The notes: generated by a model not told the origin, from the letters alone. DNA of 64,000 nt from Bacteroidota bacterium (GCA_031417395.1 JANOVM010000036.1:56956-120955), one strand, 5' to 3'. Counted from the stretch's first letter, positions 39,676 through 50,867 are shown. Program-made: numbers and translations.

Positions 39676-40260
39676 TTATTTACTTTTTACTTCTTTACTC
39701 AAAAGATCAGCAGCAATTTCCAGTTCTTTATACCAGTCTTCACCATATTGACGAATAAGCGAATCCTTTAAGAATTTAAAAACAGGCAATTTAAGACTAT
39801 CGCCTAATTTGCAAGCCGGATTACAAATGTTCCAGCGGTCGTAATTAACGGCTTCCATGCCATTTTTTTGTTTGGTAATGCGAATAGGGTAGAGGTGACA
39901 GGAAATGGGTTTCTTCCATTCAATTTTTCCTTCGTAATACGCTTTTTCAATGCCGCATTTGGCAATTCCTTTTTCAAATATTGTATACGCGCATTCTTTT
40001 CCTTTCACCAGGGGCGTTACCCATTCTTTTTTTTCATACAGAAGATATTTCCCTTGCTTTTCAATGGCTTTAATTCCTTCTTCTCTTAAATAGGGTTTTA
40101 CTTTTTCATAAATTTCATCCATGATCGTCAGCTCCTCCTTTTCCAAAGGCGCACCGTAGTCACCCTTCACACAGCAAGCTCCTTTGCAGGCATTCAGGTC
40201 ACACACAAATTGTTTTTCAATTACATCTTCTGAGACGAGGGCTTTTCCTATGGCTATCAT
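39676..40260 (-). CDS. DUF3109-family Cys-rich protein
   Basis: FVCDLNACKGACCVKGDYGAPL N-terminal cysteine cluster typical of DUF3109. Confidence 0.45.
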   Translation of the reverse strand: MIAIGKALVSEDVIEKQFVCDLNACKGACCVKGDYGAPLEKEELTIMDEIYEKVKPYLREEGIKAIEKQGKYLLYEKKEWVTPLVKGKECAYTIFEKGIAKCGIEKAYYEGKIEWKKPISCHLYPIRITKQKNGMEAVNYDRWNICNPACKLGDSLKLPVFKFLKDSLIRQYGEDWYKELEIAADLLSKEVKSK

Positions 40261-40270
40261 GTGGGTAAAG

Positions 40271-40304
40271 GTAGTATTTAGGAATTAGTACTTAGTACTT
40301 AGGA
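40271..40304 (-). promoter_or_regulatory. (AAGTACT)n heptamer array immediately upstream of the 39676..40260 start
   Basis: Gene sense: CCTAAGTACTAAGTACTAATTCCTAAATACTAC, 10-45 nt upstream of the ATG. Confidence 0.4.
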
Positions 40305-40432
40305 ACCTGTTCTTTGAACTTTTTTAAAGGAATGAGTGGATTAATTTTAAAAATTTACATAAATATTAAACAAATCAGTTATCTTTGGGTATAGTCAACT
40401 TTTCAGTTTAATCTTTTTTTAAATAAAAAATC

Positions 40433-43400
40433 ATGAAATCAAATTCCCTCCCCTCAAAAAGAAAAAATTATCAAAACCTAAAGCAAATTTTTTATGATTT
40501 TCATTTTAAGAAAATCATCCTGATTTTATTTATACTTTTTATTAATTTTCATTCTCCAAAAGTTTTAGCCAATTGTAAATATCCTGAATTACCAACAATT
40601 ATGGGTCCCATTTCTAAGTGTGATGCTTTAACTAAACCTTCTTGCACATATTTTATTCAAAACGTCGTTGGCTTAACAGTTTATAATTGGTCATGCATTG
40701 GTGGAATCTGCACACCTTCATCAAATACCACATCTGCTGAAGTAATTTGGGATCCTCAATGGACTGGAACGCATTCAATCACAGTTAGCTTTGGTACGTC
40801 TTGTGAAAGTGTTTTATTTTTACAGTCGTGTGATTGCGAAATTCCGGGAGTACATGAAGCAATCGACATTAATGAAAGAGATTTCATTATAAATAATTCC
40901 CTCGATATTTATAAATTGGCTAAAGCAATTCACCCAACTAACTATTCTGTACCTGTATCTCAGGATAGGATTTTTATTACCAATGCAACTATATTTATTC
41001 GCGGTGAGTTAAATCTTTTCTTAACACCTGTGTTTTTCGACAATTGTACATTAATAATGGATGTAGGGAGTATAATTTATACTCCGGCTGCCGGAGGCTT
41101 AAATTTGGGACAAATATACACGAATACACAAATCTACGGTGCTTGTGATAATATGTGGAAGGGTATTGTGATTGGACCGGAAGGAACGTTAACGATGGAA
41201 CAGAATTCAAGCTTGCAGGACGCTGAATATGGCATCACTATAAATAGTAAAATGACCCTTTATCTTTCCGATTCTAAATTTTCAAGAAATTATGTATGTA
41301 TTTATGGCCCGCCAACAATAAATATTAATCACTTTATAGGAAGCTTAAATAACAATGAATTCGATGGCAGTTTACCGTTGGTGTCAGGCAGATTTATGGG
41401 CCAAAATTTTCATGGACAAATCGCAAATTTAGGTGGAACTTATCCTTCACCTCAAAACAATAAATCATTTGCTGGTTTTGAATTTCATGAATTGGATCCC
41501 ACAAGTTCACTATATGCAATTCCCTTCTCACAAAATTCAGGAGACGGCAATTGGTTTCATGATTTTAACGTTGGTATTTATGGCTTTCATAGTCAGCTCG
41601 ATGTTTTAAATTGCGGTTTTGAGAATATAAAAAATACAGGGGGGTATCAGTTCTATGGTAGCTTTATTGGAAGCGCTGTGTATGGGGAGACACCAATATC
41701 TTTATCCCAAAATAATATTACTATTGGAGGAACGAATAACGGCAATATAATTCAAACAAATACATTTTTAAATTGTTTTAGAAGTGTTTTATTAAAAGGC
41801 AATTTAAACAGCGTAGTTAATGGAAATGATATTACCAATAATAATAGTATTGCTATAGAAGTTAAAGAATCAACAAACCATTCGCATAGTATAATTAATA
41901 ATGTTATTAATGCTACCGCATACGGAATATTCAGTAATTTAAATCAACAATCTTCAATGGATATTAAAAATAATTACATAACTACTATTGACAATGGTAA
42001 CAGTTACCGTTGGGGAATAAATATCAATGATGCGTCAATATCCTGCAATGCAAAGGTAATAAATAACGTAATCGTAAGTTATTCAACTCTGGGAATTGTT
42101 ACACGGAACAATAATGGAAGTTTCTATACTAATAATGCAATAACTCTAAATCATTTTCATCTTCCTATTTCCACAAAGGATTTGTAGGGATTCTATATGG
42201 AAAATGGTATAGGAAATACGATTGACTGCAACTATTCGACAGGCCCATTTTATCCTGCCAATAATTTCTTAGGAAAACGAATGAGGAGCTTTTACCTAAA
42301 CTCGTCAAAGGATAATATTGTCAGTTGTAATTATGCAAACGAAAGCAGGTTTGGATATGAATTTGTGGGAAACTGCCTTACCACTGAATTTTACGGAAAT
42401 AACCTGCTTAATTTATACGATGGTTTATTATTAGGAGATTATGTTAACCAGATTCCTTCTGATATCGGAATTCAAGGAATTGTTAATGGCACCAATAATT
42501 CACCCGGTAATTTATTCTATGGTAGAGATGCAGCAGGTAATTTTTGGCATGCTGCTACAATGACCATAAAATCTTTTCCACCGTTTAATGGACTTTGGGT
42601 TAATTCAGGAATATATGAACCACTTGTAAACTTAACTTTAAGTGGAAGTCCATTTGCTCCATACATTGCTACGGGATTTGATCCCTACATTTGCATAAAC
42701 TGTGGCAATACAGGTGGCGGCGGTAGTAGTAATTTTTCAATTAATGATGAAAATATTGTTCTGAATAGTGATGCAGGCTTTTCAATAGATGAAGAAATAA
42801 TTCAATGGGATAAAGAAAAAAGACTTTACGAAAAGTTAAAGGTTGATTCAGCCTTACTTGACAGCAGTATTATTCTTGAAAATTTCATGGATAGTACACA
42901 ATATAATAATAAAGGAAAATTTGGAGAAATAACCAATGACTTGAAAAATATTGCAAAGGAAAGAGAATTAGGATCGTCAGAGGCATTAATTCAAACTTTA
43001 ATTGATAACAGTGATGCCAGAAATAGTAATATTATACCGGAAGCGGATTACGAGGCAGTGCAAAAAACAATTAATGAAATTATTCTTAATAAGGTTTTGA
43101 GGAAAGATTATGAATTTACGAATGCACAAATAAATTCTATTATGAGTATTGCAAATTCCTGCCCATACATTAAAGGTCCTGCAGTTTTCCAGGCACGTTC
43201 TTTAGCAAATTATTTAAACGGCGAATTGTTTTTTGATGACGTTCAATTGTGTAATAATTTGTCAAGTTATAGAATTGGAAAACCGGGTAACGCTTCAAAG
43301 GATATATCCGTCTATATCTCCCCAAATCCTGTTTCGGACATATTGACTATAAACTTCTTAAATGATATGGAGTCAGATGGAATATTATCCATAATTAATA

Positions 43401-43552
43401 GTCGTGGAGAGATTGTTTATTCACAAAAAATTGAAAGCAATACCAATCAACAAAAGATTGATACACATACATTGCAAAATGGAATTTATGTAATTAGAAT
43501 TAGCAATTTAGACGTATACAAAGTAATTGGTAAAGTTTCAATAATACATTAA
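40433..43552 (+). pseudogene. large right-handed beta-helix T9SS cargo protein interrupted by one in-frame TAG (ORFs 40433..42187 and 42197..43552 are in the same frame)
   Basis: Both ORFs are in frame 2. TAG at 42185..42187 sits between ...HLPISTKDL and GFYMENGIGNTIDCNYSTG. Parallel beta-helix repeats (NN.I..N) occur on both sides. C-terminal ISPNPVSD...VSIIH T9SS CTD. Confidence 0.5.
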
Positions 43553-43558
43553 AAAAAT

Positions 43559-43594
43559 GGAGGCAGATATTTTTTATCTGCCTCCTGTTTTTTA
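43559..43594 (+). terminator. rho-independent terminator after the beta-helix protein gene
   Basis: GGAGGCAGAT-loop-ATCTGCCTCC followed by a T-run. Confidence 0.5.
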
Positions 43595-43596
43595 TT

Positions 43597-45114
43597 ATGA
43601 AAAAAATAATATTATTTCTGTTTTTTAATCTTCTCTATTTTTGTTCATTTAGTCAAGAAAGCAAAAGAGAAAATATATGGATGTTAGGAGCTGCTGCAGC
43701 ACCCGGTTATCCTCAATTCGGCGTCGACTTCAATTCAGGAAATGCAGATACCTTTTCATTGTTAAGACCTATGGCTTTTTTCGCAACCAATGCCAGCATA
43801 TGCGACACTAATGGTCAGATACTTTTTTATACAAATGGTAATTATTTGGCAAACCGTTTTCATCAAATGATGCCGGGTACAGCTGGTTTTAACCCTGGTG
43901 ATGAAAATAACGATACTTATCCATATGGATCTGGTTCAATGCAGGGAGCATTAATTCTCCCTTGGCCCGACAAATCGGACATATATGCCATATTTCATTT
44001 AAATGCTGATAAGTTCTGGATTAATAATGTGTTTTATGAAAGACCATTGAATTTTTATTTTAGCGAAATTAATATGCTTTTAGATAGCGGTAAAGGGGAT
44101 TTTACAAGTAATAAAAACGTATTATTAATCAATGATACATTAGTGTCCGGAAGGATTACAGCATGTAAACATGCCAATGGTCGTGACTGGTGGATATTGG
44201 CGCATGAATTATGGAGCGATAGATTCTATGAATTTCTGCTTACTCCTGATAGTATATCATTATACAAAAGTATTGATATCGGTTCTGAAATAACTCACAC
44301 TATGGATGTAATTGGCACAGGTTTGTTTTCACAGAATGGAGAAAAATTTGCTTATTTAAATTATGATACAACATTAAATATTTTTGATTTCAATAGATGT
44401 ACCGGTGAATTAACTAATCCTGTTTATGTATATTTTAATGACACAGTAAATTTAGCCATGATTAACTGTGCATTTTCGAAATCGGGCCATTACTTATATC
44501 TATGTAATAACTTCCATATTTTCCAATTGGATTTGTTAGCATCAGACATTGCAGCATCAAAAACAATTGTTTCAACATACGATAATTTTCATACTTCACA
44601 AGGATTAAGAACGATAAATTTAATGATGAAATTAGCTCCTGATAATAAAATTTACGTTTCTACTGCTCAAGGGTCTAATATCTTTCACGAGATCCACGCA
44701 CCAGACAGTGCCGGTCTGGATTGCAGAGTCACACAGCATAGTTTTATTTTACCCGAATTCAATGCTTTTAGTATGCCTAATACTCCTAACTATGCTTTGG
44801 GTCCATTGTCGGGAAGTGTTTGTGATAGTTTACATATAGGCATTGATCCTGTAAATGATAAAAATGCTTTATTAACTATTTTTCCAAATCCTTCTACAGG
44901 CATAATTAATATTAAGTTTGATGAATCGTTTTTAACTTCAAAAGATAAGTTTATTGTATATAATACCATAGGTGAAATAGTTTTTACAAAGCAGCTGAAG
45001 AGCAGGCAGGATTTTAGCAATATTAATTTATCTGATTTGTCTAATGGGGTTTATACTATTACTATAACTATAAATAATCAAAAGGTTAATTCGAGGATTG
45101 TTTTGATGAAATGA
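43597..45114 (+). CDS. T9SS-sorted secreted protein, copy 1 of a tandem pair (505 aa)
   Basis: Signal peptide. C-terminal IFPNPSTGIINIKF...RIVLMK CTD. Confidence 0.55.
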   Translation: MKKIILFLFFNLLYFCSFSQESKRENIWMLGAAAAPGYPQFGVDFNSGNADTFSLLRPMAFFATNASICDTNGQILFYTNGNYLANRFHQMMPGTAGFNPGDENNDTYPYGSGSMQGALILPWPDKSDIYAIFHLNADKFWINNVFYERPLNFYFSEINMLLDSGKGDFTSNKNVLLINDTLVSGRITACKHANGRDWWILAHELWSDRFYEFLLTPDSISLYKSIDIGSEITHTMDVIGTGLFSQNGEKFAYLNYDTTLNIFDFNRCTGELTNPVYVYFNDTVNLAMINCAFSKSGHYLYLCNNFHIFQLDLLASDIAASKTIVSTYDNFHTSQGLRTINLMMKLAPDNKIYVSTAQGSNIFHEIHAPDSAGLDCRVTQHSFILPEFNAFSMPNTPNYALGPLSGSVCDSLHIGIDPVNDKNALLTIFPNPSTGIINIKFDESFLTSKDKFIVYNTIGEIVFTKQLKSRQDFSNINLSDLSNGVYTITITINNQKVNSRIVLMK

Positions 45115-45156
45115 ATGTTAATTTTCAATTTTACATTAACTCAGATAATTTAAATT

Positions 45157-45567
45157 ATGATTATTGCAAATTCCTGTCCATACATTAAAGGCCCTGCAGT
45201 ATTTCAGGCACGTTCTTTAGCAAATTATTTAAACCCCGAATTGTTTTTTGACGACGTTCAATTGTGTAATAATTTGTCAAATTATAGAATTGAAAAACCG
45301 GGAAACGCTTCAAAGGATGTATCCGTCTATATTTCCCCAAATCCTGTTTCAGACATATTGACAATAAACTTCTTAAATGATATAGAGTCAAATGGAACAT
45401 TATCCATAATCAATAGTCGTGCAGAGATTGTTTATTCTCAAAAAATTGAAAACAATACCAATCAACAAAAGATTGATACACATCAATTTCAAAATGGAAT
45501 TTATGTAATCAGAATTAGCAATTTGGATGTAAACAAGGTAATAGGTAAAGTCTCAATTATACATTAA
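45157..45567 (+). CDS. duplicated, N-terminally truncated copy of the C-terminal 136 aa (T9SS CTD region) of the beta-helix protein gene
   Basis: ~92% nucleotide identity to 43143..43552. Begins mid-domain (MIIANSCPYIKGPAVFQARSLANYLN). Probably a remnant of the tandem duplication. Confidence 0.45.
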   Translation: MIIANSCPYIKGPAVFQARSLANYLNPELFFDDVQLCNNLSNYRIEKPGNASKDVSVYISPNPVSDILTINFLNDIESNGTLSIINSRAEIVYSQKIENNTNQQKIDTHQFQNGIYVIRISNLDVNKVIGKVSIIH

Positions 45568-45573
45568 AATTAT

Positions 45574-45608
45574 GGAGGCAGGTGTCTTTTACCTGCCTCC
45601 TTTTTTTA
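45574..45608 (+). terminator. duplicated copy of the hairpin terminator
   Basis: GGAGGCAGGT-loop-ACCTGCCTCC followed by T8. Confidence 0.45.
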
Positions 45609-47132
45609 TCACCTATGAAAAAAATAAAGCTATTCTTATTTTTTAATCTTCTCTCTTTGATTTCTTTCAGTCAGGAAAGTAAAAGGGAGAATATGTGGAT
45701 GTTAGGAGCCGCAGCTGCACCTGGCTACCCTCAATTCGGTGTAGACTTCAATTCGGGTAATGCAGACACATTTTCACTTTTAAGGCCCATGGCATTTTTT
45801 CTTGCTAATGCCAGCATCTGCGACACTAATGGTCAAATTCTTTTTTATACTAATGGCAATTATGTTTCAAATCGCTTACATCAAATGATGCCTGGAACCG
45901 CAGGTTTTAATCCGGGTGATGAAAATAATGATACCTATCCATATGGCTCAGGAATAATGCAGGGGGCATTAATTCTTCCATGGCCTGATAAGCCAGATGT
46001 ATATATTATTTTTCATTTAAGCGGTGATTGGTTCTCGATTAATAATTGGAGCTATGAAAGACCCTTGAATCTTTATTATAGTGAAATAAATATGCCTTTA
46101 GATAGTGGCAGAGGTGATTTTACAAATAATAAAAACATTCTGCTAATTAATGATACATTGGTAGCCGGAAGGATTACTGCATGTAAACACGCTAATGGTC
46201 GTGACTGGTGGATATTTGTGCATGAATTATGGAGCGATAGATTTTATGAATACCTTTTAACTCCAGATACAATTCTATTAAACCAAAACATTAAGATCGG
46301 CTCTGTAATATCTCACAGTATAGATGTTTGGGGCACAGGTGTGTTTTCACAGAATGGAGAAAAATTTGCTTATTTAAATTATGATACAACCTTAAATATT
46401 TTTGATTTTAATAGGTGTACGGGTGATTTAACTAATCCTGTTTATGTATACTTTAATGACACAGCGAATTTAGCTACAATTAACTGTGCATTTTCGGCAT
46501 CCGGTCGTTACTTATATGTATGTAATAATTTTCATATTTTTCAATTGGATATGTTAGCTTCAGACATTGCAGCATCAAAAACAATAGTTTCTACATACGA
46601 TAATTTTCATACATCACAGGGATTTAGAACAATAAATTTAATGATGAAATTGGCACCTGATAATAAAATTTATGTTTCAACGGCTCAGGGGTCTAATGTG
46701 TTTCATGAGATTCACGCACCAGACAGTGCCGGTCTAGATTGCAGAGTCACACAGCATAGTTTTATTTTACCAGATTTCAATGCTTTTAGTATGCCTAATA
46801 CTCCTAACTATGCATTGGGCTCGTTGCCGGGCAGTGTTTGTGACAGTTTACATATTGGCATTGATCCGGTAACGGAGAAAAATGTTTTATTAACTATTTT
46901 TCCAAATCCTTCAACAGGCATAATTAATATTAAGTTTGATGAATCGTTTTTAACATCAAAAGATAAGTTTATTGTATATAATACCATGGGAGAAATTGTT
47001 TTTACAAAGCAGCTACTGAGCAAACAGGATTTTAGTAATATTAATTTATCTGATTTAACCAATGGAGTTTATACGATTTCTTTAACAATACATAATCAAA
47101 AGGTTAATTCGAGATTTGTTTTAATGAAGTGA
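45582..47132 (+). CDS. T9SS-sorted secreted protein, copy 2 of the tandem pair (516 aa)
   Basis: ~90% identical to the 43597..45114 product along its whole length. Confidence 0.55.
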   Translation: MSFTCLLFLSPMKKIKLFLFFNLLSLISFSQESKRENMWMLGAAAAPGYPQFGVDFNSGNADTFSLLRPMAFFLANASICDTNGQILFYTNGNYVSNRLHQMMPGTAGFNPGDENNDTYPYGSGIMQGALILPWPDKPDVYIIFHLSGDWFSINNWSYERPLNLYYSEINMPLDSGRGDFTNNKNILLINDTLVAGRITACKHANGRDWWIFVHELWSDRFYEYLLTPDTILLNQNIKIGSVISHSIDVWGTGVFSQNGEKFAYLNYDTTLNIFDFNRCTGDLTNPVYVYFNDTANLATINCAFSASGRYLYVCNNFHIFQLDMLASDIAASKTIVSTYDNFHTSQGFRTINLMMKLAPDNKIYVSTAQGSNVFHEIHAPDSAGLDCRVTQHSFILPDFNAFSMPNTPNYALGSLPGSVCDSLHIGIDPVTEKNVLLTIFPNPSTGIINIKFDESFLTSKDKFIVYNTMGEIVFTKQLLSKQDFSNINLSDLTNGVYTISLTIHNQKVNSRFVLMK

Positions 47133-47322
47133 TTACTTTATCTGCAAAATACTTATTACTTGATGCGGTTACCAGTTTAGGTTTTTAAGCCAATCTTCTA
47201 TTGGTTCTATCTAAATAAGGTCATAAAAAATTGAGTTTGTACAAAAATTATTACAAAGTCCCAATCAGATATACATTTTTCAGCAATTTAAAATATTAAT
47301 TATAAGGCAACTAAAACTCTAA

Positions 47323-47382
47323 TTACTAAATACTAAGAACTAAATACTAAGTACTAACTACCAAGTACCAAGTACTTCGTAC
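47323..47382 (+). promoter_or_regulatory. (AAGTACT)n heptamer array immediately upstream of the glycine-tRNA ligase gene
   Basis: AAATACT AAGAACT AAATACT AAGTACT AACTACC AAGTACC AAGTACT TCGTACT, ending 8 nt before the ATG. Confidence 0.45.
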
Positions 47383-47391
47383 TTTAGCCCC

Positions 47392-48939
47392 ATGCTAACT
47401 ACAGAAGAACTCTTCAAAAACATCATTTCCCATTCAAAGGAATACGGCTTTATTTTTCAATCGAGCGAAATTTATGACGGACTTAGCGCTGTCTATGATT
47501 ACGGTCAGAACGGTGTCGAACTCAAAAAGAACATCCGCGATTACTGGTGGAAATCAATGGTACAGATGAATGACAATATCGTCGGCCTCGATTCTGCTAT
47601 TTTTATGCATCCGACCATTTGGAAAGCATCCGGACACGTCGATGCTTTTAATGATCCGCTCATCGATAATAAAGATTCGAAAAAAAGATATCGCGCCGAT
47701 GTTCTTATTGAAGAACACTTGGCGAAAATTGAAGGAAAGATTAATAAGGAAGTTGAAAAAGCGCGAACAAAATTCGGTGATTCCTTCAATGAAGAACAGT
47801 ATCGTACAACAAATCCTCGTGTTCTCGAAAATCAAAGCAAAATTGATACTATCAATACCCGCTTCAAGAAAGCACTGGAGGATAACGACCTTGCCGATGT
47901 AAAACAAATAATCGTCGATCTTGAAATCGTTTGTCCTGTAAGCGGTACACGCAACTGGACAGACGTACGTCAGTTTAATCTAATGTTCAGTACACAGCTG
48001 GGTTCAGTTACCGATGAGTCAAATACTATTTATCTCCGTCCGGAAACTGCGCAGGGTATTTTTGTCAATTTCCTGAATGTTCAGAAAACGGGAAGGATGA
48101 AAATTCCTTTCGGCATTGCCCAAACCGGTAAAGCATTCCGTAATGAAATCGTTGCCCGGCAATTTATTTTCCGAATGCGCGAATTCGAACAAATGGAAAT
48201 GCAGTTTTTCATTCGCCCGGGAACGGAAATGGAATGGTATAAATACTGGAAAGAAAAACGTATGAAGTGGCATCAGTCACTGGGCTTTCCCGCAGGTAAA
48301 CATCGCTTCCACGATCATCTTAAGCTAGCGCATTATGCCAATGCAGCCTGCGACATTGAATTTGAATTTCCATTTGGCTTCAAAGAACTGGAAGGCATTC
48401 ACTCACGAACCGATTTCGATTTACGCAATCACGAAAAATTCTCAGGAAAGAAGCAGCAATATTTCGATCCTGAATTAAATGAAAGCTATATTCCTTATGT
48501 ACTGGAAACCTCTGTTGGCCTCGACAGAATGTTCCTTTCCGTACTTTCTCAATGTTATAAAGAAGAAAAACTCGAAGATGGCAGCGAAAGAGTTGTTTTA
48601 TCAATTCCGCCATTTCTGTCTCCCGTTAAATGCGCCGTTTTACCGCTTGTAAAAAAAGACGGACTGGATGAAAAAGCAGCTGAAATTTTTAATCGCTTAA
48701 GAGCAGATCACCTCTGTGTTTCAGAAGACAAAGACTCCATTGGAAAACGCTACCGCAGACAGGATGCCATTGGAACTCCTTATTGTATTACTGTCGATCA
48801 TCAAACACTTGAGGACAATACCGTAACAATACGTGATCGTGACACTATGAAACAGGAGCGTATATCTATTGACAGTATTAATGGTCTGATAAGTGAAAAG
48901 GTTGATATGCGGACTGCATTAAATAATTTGGAAATTTAA
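47392..48939 (+). CDS. glyQS: glycine-tRNA ligase (class II, dimeric eukaryote/archaeal-like type)
   Basis: 515 aa. Class II synthetase motifs and C-terminal anticodon-binding region (...TVTIRDRDTMKQERI). Confidence 0.9.
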   Translation: MLTTEELFKNIISHSKEYGFIFQSSEIYDGLSAVYDYGQNGVELKKNIRDYWWKSMVQMNDNIVGLDSAIFMHPTIWKASGHVDAFNDPLIDNKDSKKRYRADVLIEEHLAKIEGKINKEVEKARTKFGDSFNEEQYRTTNPRVLENQSKIDTINTRFKKALEDNDLADVKQIIVDLEIVCPVSGTRNWTDVRQFNLMFSTQLGSVTDESNTIYLRPETAQGIFVNFLNVQKTGRMKIPFGIAQTGKAFRNEIVARQFIFRMREFEQMEMQFFIRPGTEMEWYKYWKEKRMKWHQSLGFPAGKHRFHDHLKLAHYANAACDIEFEFPFGFKELEGIHSRTDFDLRNHEKFSGKKQQYFDPELNESYIPYVLETSVGLDRMFLSVLSQCYKEEKLEDGSERVVLSIPPFLSPVKCAVLPLVKKDGLDEKAAEIFNRLRADHLCVSEDKDSIGKRYRRQDAIGTPYCITVDHQTLEDNTVTIRDRDTMKQERISIDSINGLISEKVDMRTALNNLEI

Positions 48940-48957
48940 TTGCTGTTTATAATAAAG

Positions 48958-49003
48958 AAAAAACCCCGTTGATTTATGAAAAACCAACAGGGTTTAATTT
49001 TTT
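48958..49003. terminator. bidirectional hairpin terminator between convergent glyQS and 49013..49885
   Basis: AAACCCCGTTG-loop-CAACAGGGTTT with T-runs on both sides. Confidence 0.45.
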
Positions 49004-49012
49004 ATAATTAAT

Positions 49013-49885
49013 TTATTTACGCAAGATAATACGGTGAGTACTCTCACCATTATCCGACTTCAATTTCACAAAATAAACTCCGTCAGGATATTCAGTTAAA
49101 TCAATCTGGAAAGCAGTCTCACTTCCTTTTAGAGCTATCTTCTTAATTTCTTTTCCTAATAAATTATTGAGTGTTAAAGAAGCGTTTCTTAAAACAGAGC
49201 CTTTAAAATCAATAATGCTTATTCCTCTGGAAGGATTCGGATAAATATTAAAAGGTTTAATATTATCAATTGATCTTACATTTAAAGGTTGAGAGCAATT
49301 GGTATTTGCATTGACATTTGCCGTGCCCGGTGTTATACAGGCAAGATGAAAATCGGCAGAATTATCGTTGGTATCGTGACCATCAGGAAAACGACCAATA
49401 CCGGTAAAAGGAACAAGGGTATCTGAATTTGCACCTGCAGGCATTCCTGATGTTTCAAAATAACCGGCTACAGTGCCTTCATAACTTACTACATCAATAA
49501 TAGCTGATGATATGTTGTCAACAATTGCAATAGCATCAGGAGAACCATTTTGAATAATATTTGAAGGAACCGATAAAACCAAATTACTGTTAGGTACGAA
49601 ATTCATACTGCCGCAAATAACAAAATAGCTTCCCGGATTAAGTAATTGTGATGGCAATGCAATTGTATCGTATGGTGTAGTATTGTTTCCATTTACCAAT
49701 ACAATTGAATAACCGCCAAGATCGATAGCGTTAAGGGATGAATTATAAAGTTCAATGAATTCTGCAGTATCTGTTGCAGGCTGATCGTAATCAACTTCGT
49801 TAATGCTTAGTCCTGTTTGAGAAAACGAATTTTGTGCAGAAAAAATAAAGAGAATAATGTATAATGAAGTAATGATTTTTTTCAT
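49013..49885 (-). CDS. lamin-tail-domain (LTD) protein with T9SS C-terminal sorting domain
   Basis: Signal peptide. LSINEVDYDQPATDTAEFIELYN LTD signature. C-terminal NIYPNPSRGISII...RIILRK. Confidence 0.5.
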   Translation of the reverse strand: MKKIITSLYIILFIFSAQNSFSQTGLSINEVDYDQPATDTAEFIELYNSSLNAIDLGGYSIVLVNGNNTTPYDTIALPSQLLNPGSYFVICGSMNFVPNSNLVLSVPSNIIQNGSPDAIAIVDNISSAIIDVVSYEGTVAGYFETSGMPAGANSDTLVPFTGIGRFPDGHDTNDNSADFHLACITPGTANVNANTNCSQPLNVRSIDNIKPFNIYPNPSRGISIIDFKGSVLRNASLTLNNLLGKEIKKIALKGSETAFQIDLTEYPDGVYFVKLKSDNGESTHRIILRK

Positions 49886-50134
49886 ATTGGGTTTTTTAAC
49901 AAATTGGTGTTTTAATTAACCTCAAAGTAACGAATTAATGCTAATTAATCCAAATGATGCAATCATAAAGAAGATTTATCTGAGAGCGATTATGAATATA
50001 TCTAAAGGAAAGTTGTCTTTTCATCTCAATTTTAATGTAATCAATTAATAATCAGAATTATTAATATGAAAAATGACAGTTTTCTGTTTAAAAAAGGAAA
50101 GGGAAAACCGGCTTTTGTGAATTGAGAAATTAAC

Positions 50135-50725
50135 CTATTTGTTATTGAATAAGGTCATTGTTCTATCGATACCGATTGCAACATAGCTTTTTATCATTTC
50201 TACTGCTTTTTCAATTCTTTCGTCCAAAGTCTTTTTCTCTTCCTCATTCCAATGACCTAAAACATAATTGACTTGCTTTCCTTTGGAGAATTCACTGCCG
50301 ATTCCAAACCGAAGCCGGGCATATTCCGTTGTGTTTAATGTTCCTGCAATATCGTTCAAGCCGTTGTGTCCACCGTCGCTTCCTTTCTTCTTCATTCGAA
50401 GAGTACCAAATGGTAATGCTAGATCGTCTGTTACAACCAGCAAGTGTTCCGGTGAAGTTTTTTCTGCCTGCATCCAATAATTAACAGCTTTGCCGCTTAG
50501 GTTCATATATGTCGTCGGCTTAATAATCACTAGCTGTTTCCCTTTGTAACGGGAATGGTTGATCATGGCAAGTTTATCGTTTGCAAAAAGACGCGTATTT
50601 GTTTTATCCTCTTCACGTAAAAGCGATTTAGCTAAAGCATCTGCCACTTCAAAGCCAATGTTATGCCTTGTAAAGCTGTATTCTTCACCTATGTTTCCAA
50701 GTCCTGCAATTAGAAATTTAGACAT
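50135..50725 (-). CDS. pth: peptidyl-tRNA hydrolase
   Basis: GLGNIGEEYSFTRHNIGF N-terminal signature. 196 aa. Confidence 0.9.
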   Translation of the reverse strand: MSKFLIAGLGNIGEEYSFTRHNIGFEVADALAKSLLREEDKTNTRLFANDKLAMINHSRYKGKQLVIIKPTTYMNLSGKAVNYWMQAEKTSPEHLLVVTDDLALPFGTLRMKKKGSDGGHNGLNDIAGTLNTTEYARLRFGIGSEFSKGKQVNYVLGHWNEEEKKTLDERIEKAVEMIKSYVAIGIDRTMTLFNNK

Positions 50726-50867
50726 GAATGATGTAGTTTATTTTTTACTATTTACTATTTAAAATAAGCGGTCGATTGCCGGTATGATCAAATATCGGAT
50801 ACAGTTTTCTAATGGACAAAAAAAAACCCTGAACAATAGTACAGGGTTTTTTTTATGATCTGAAAAA

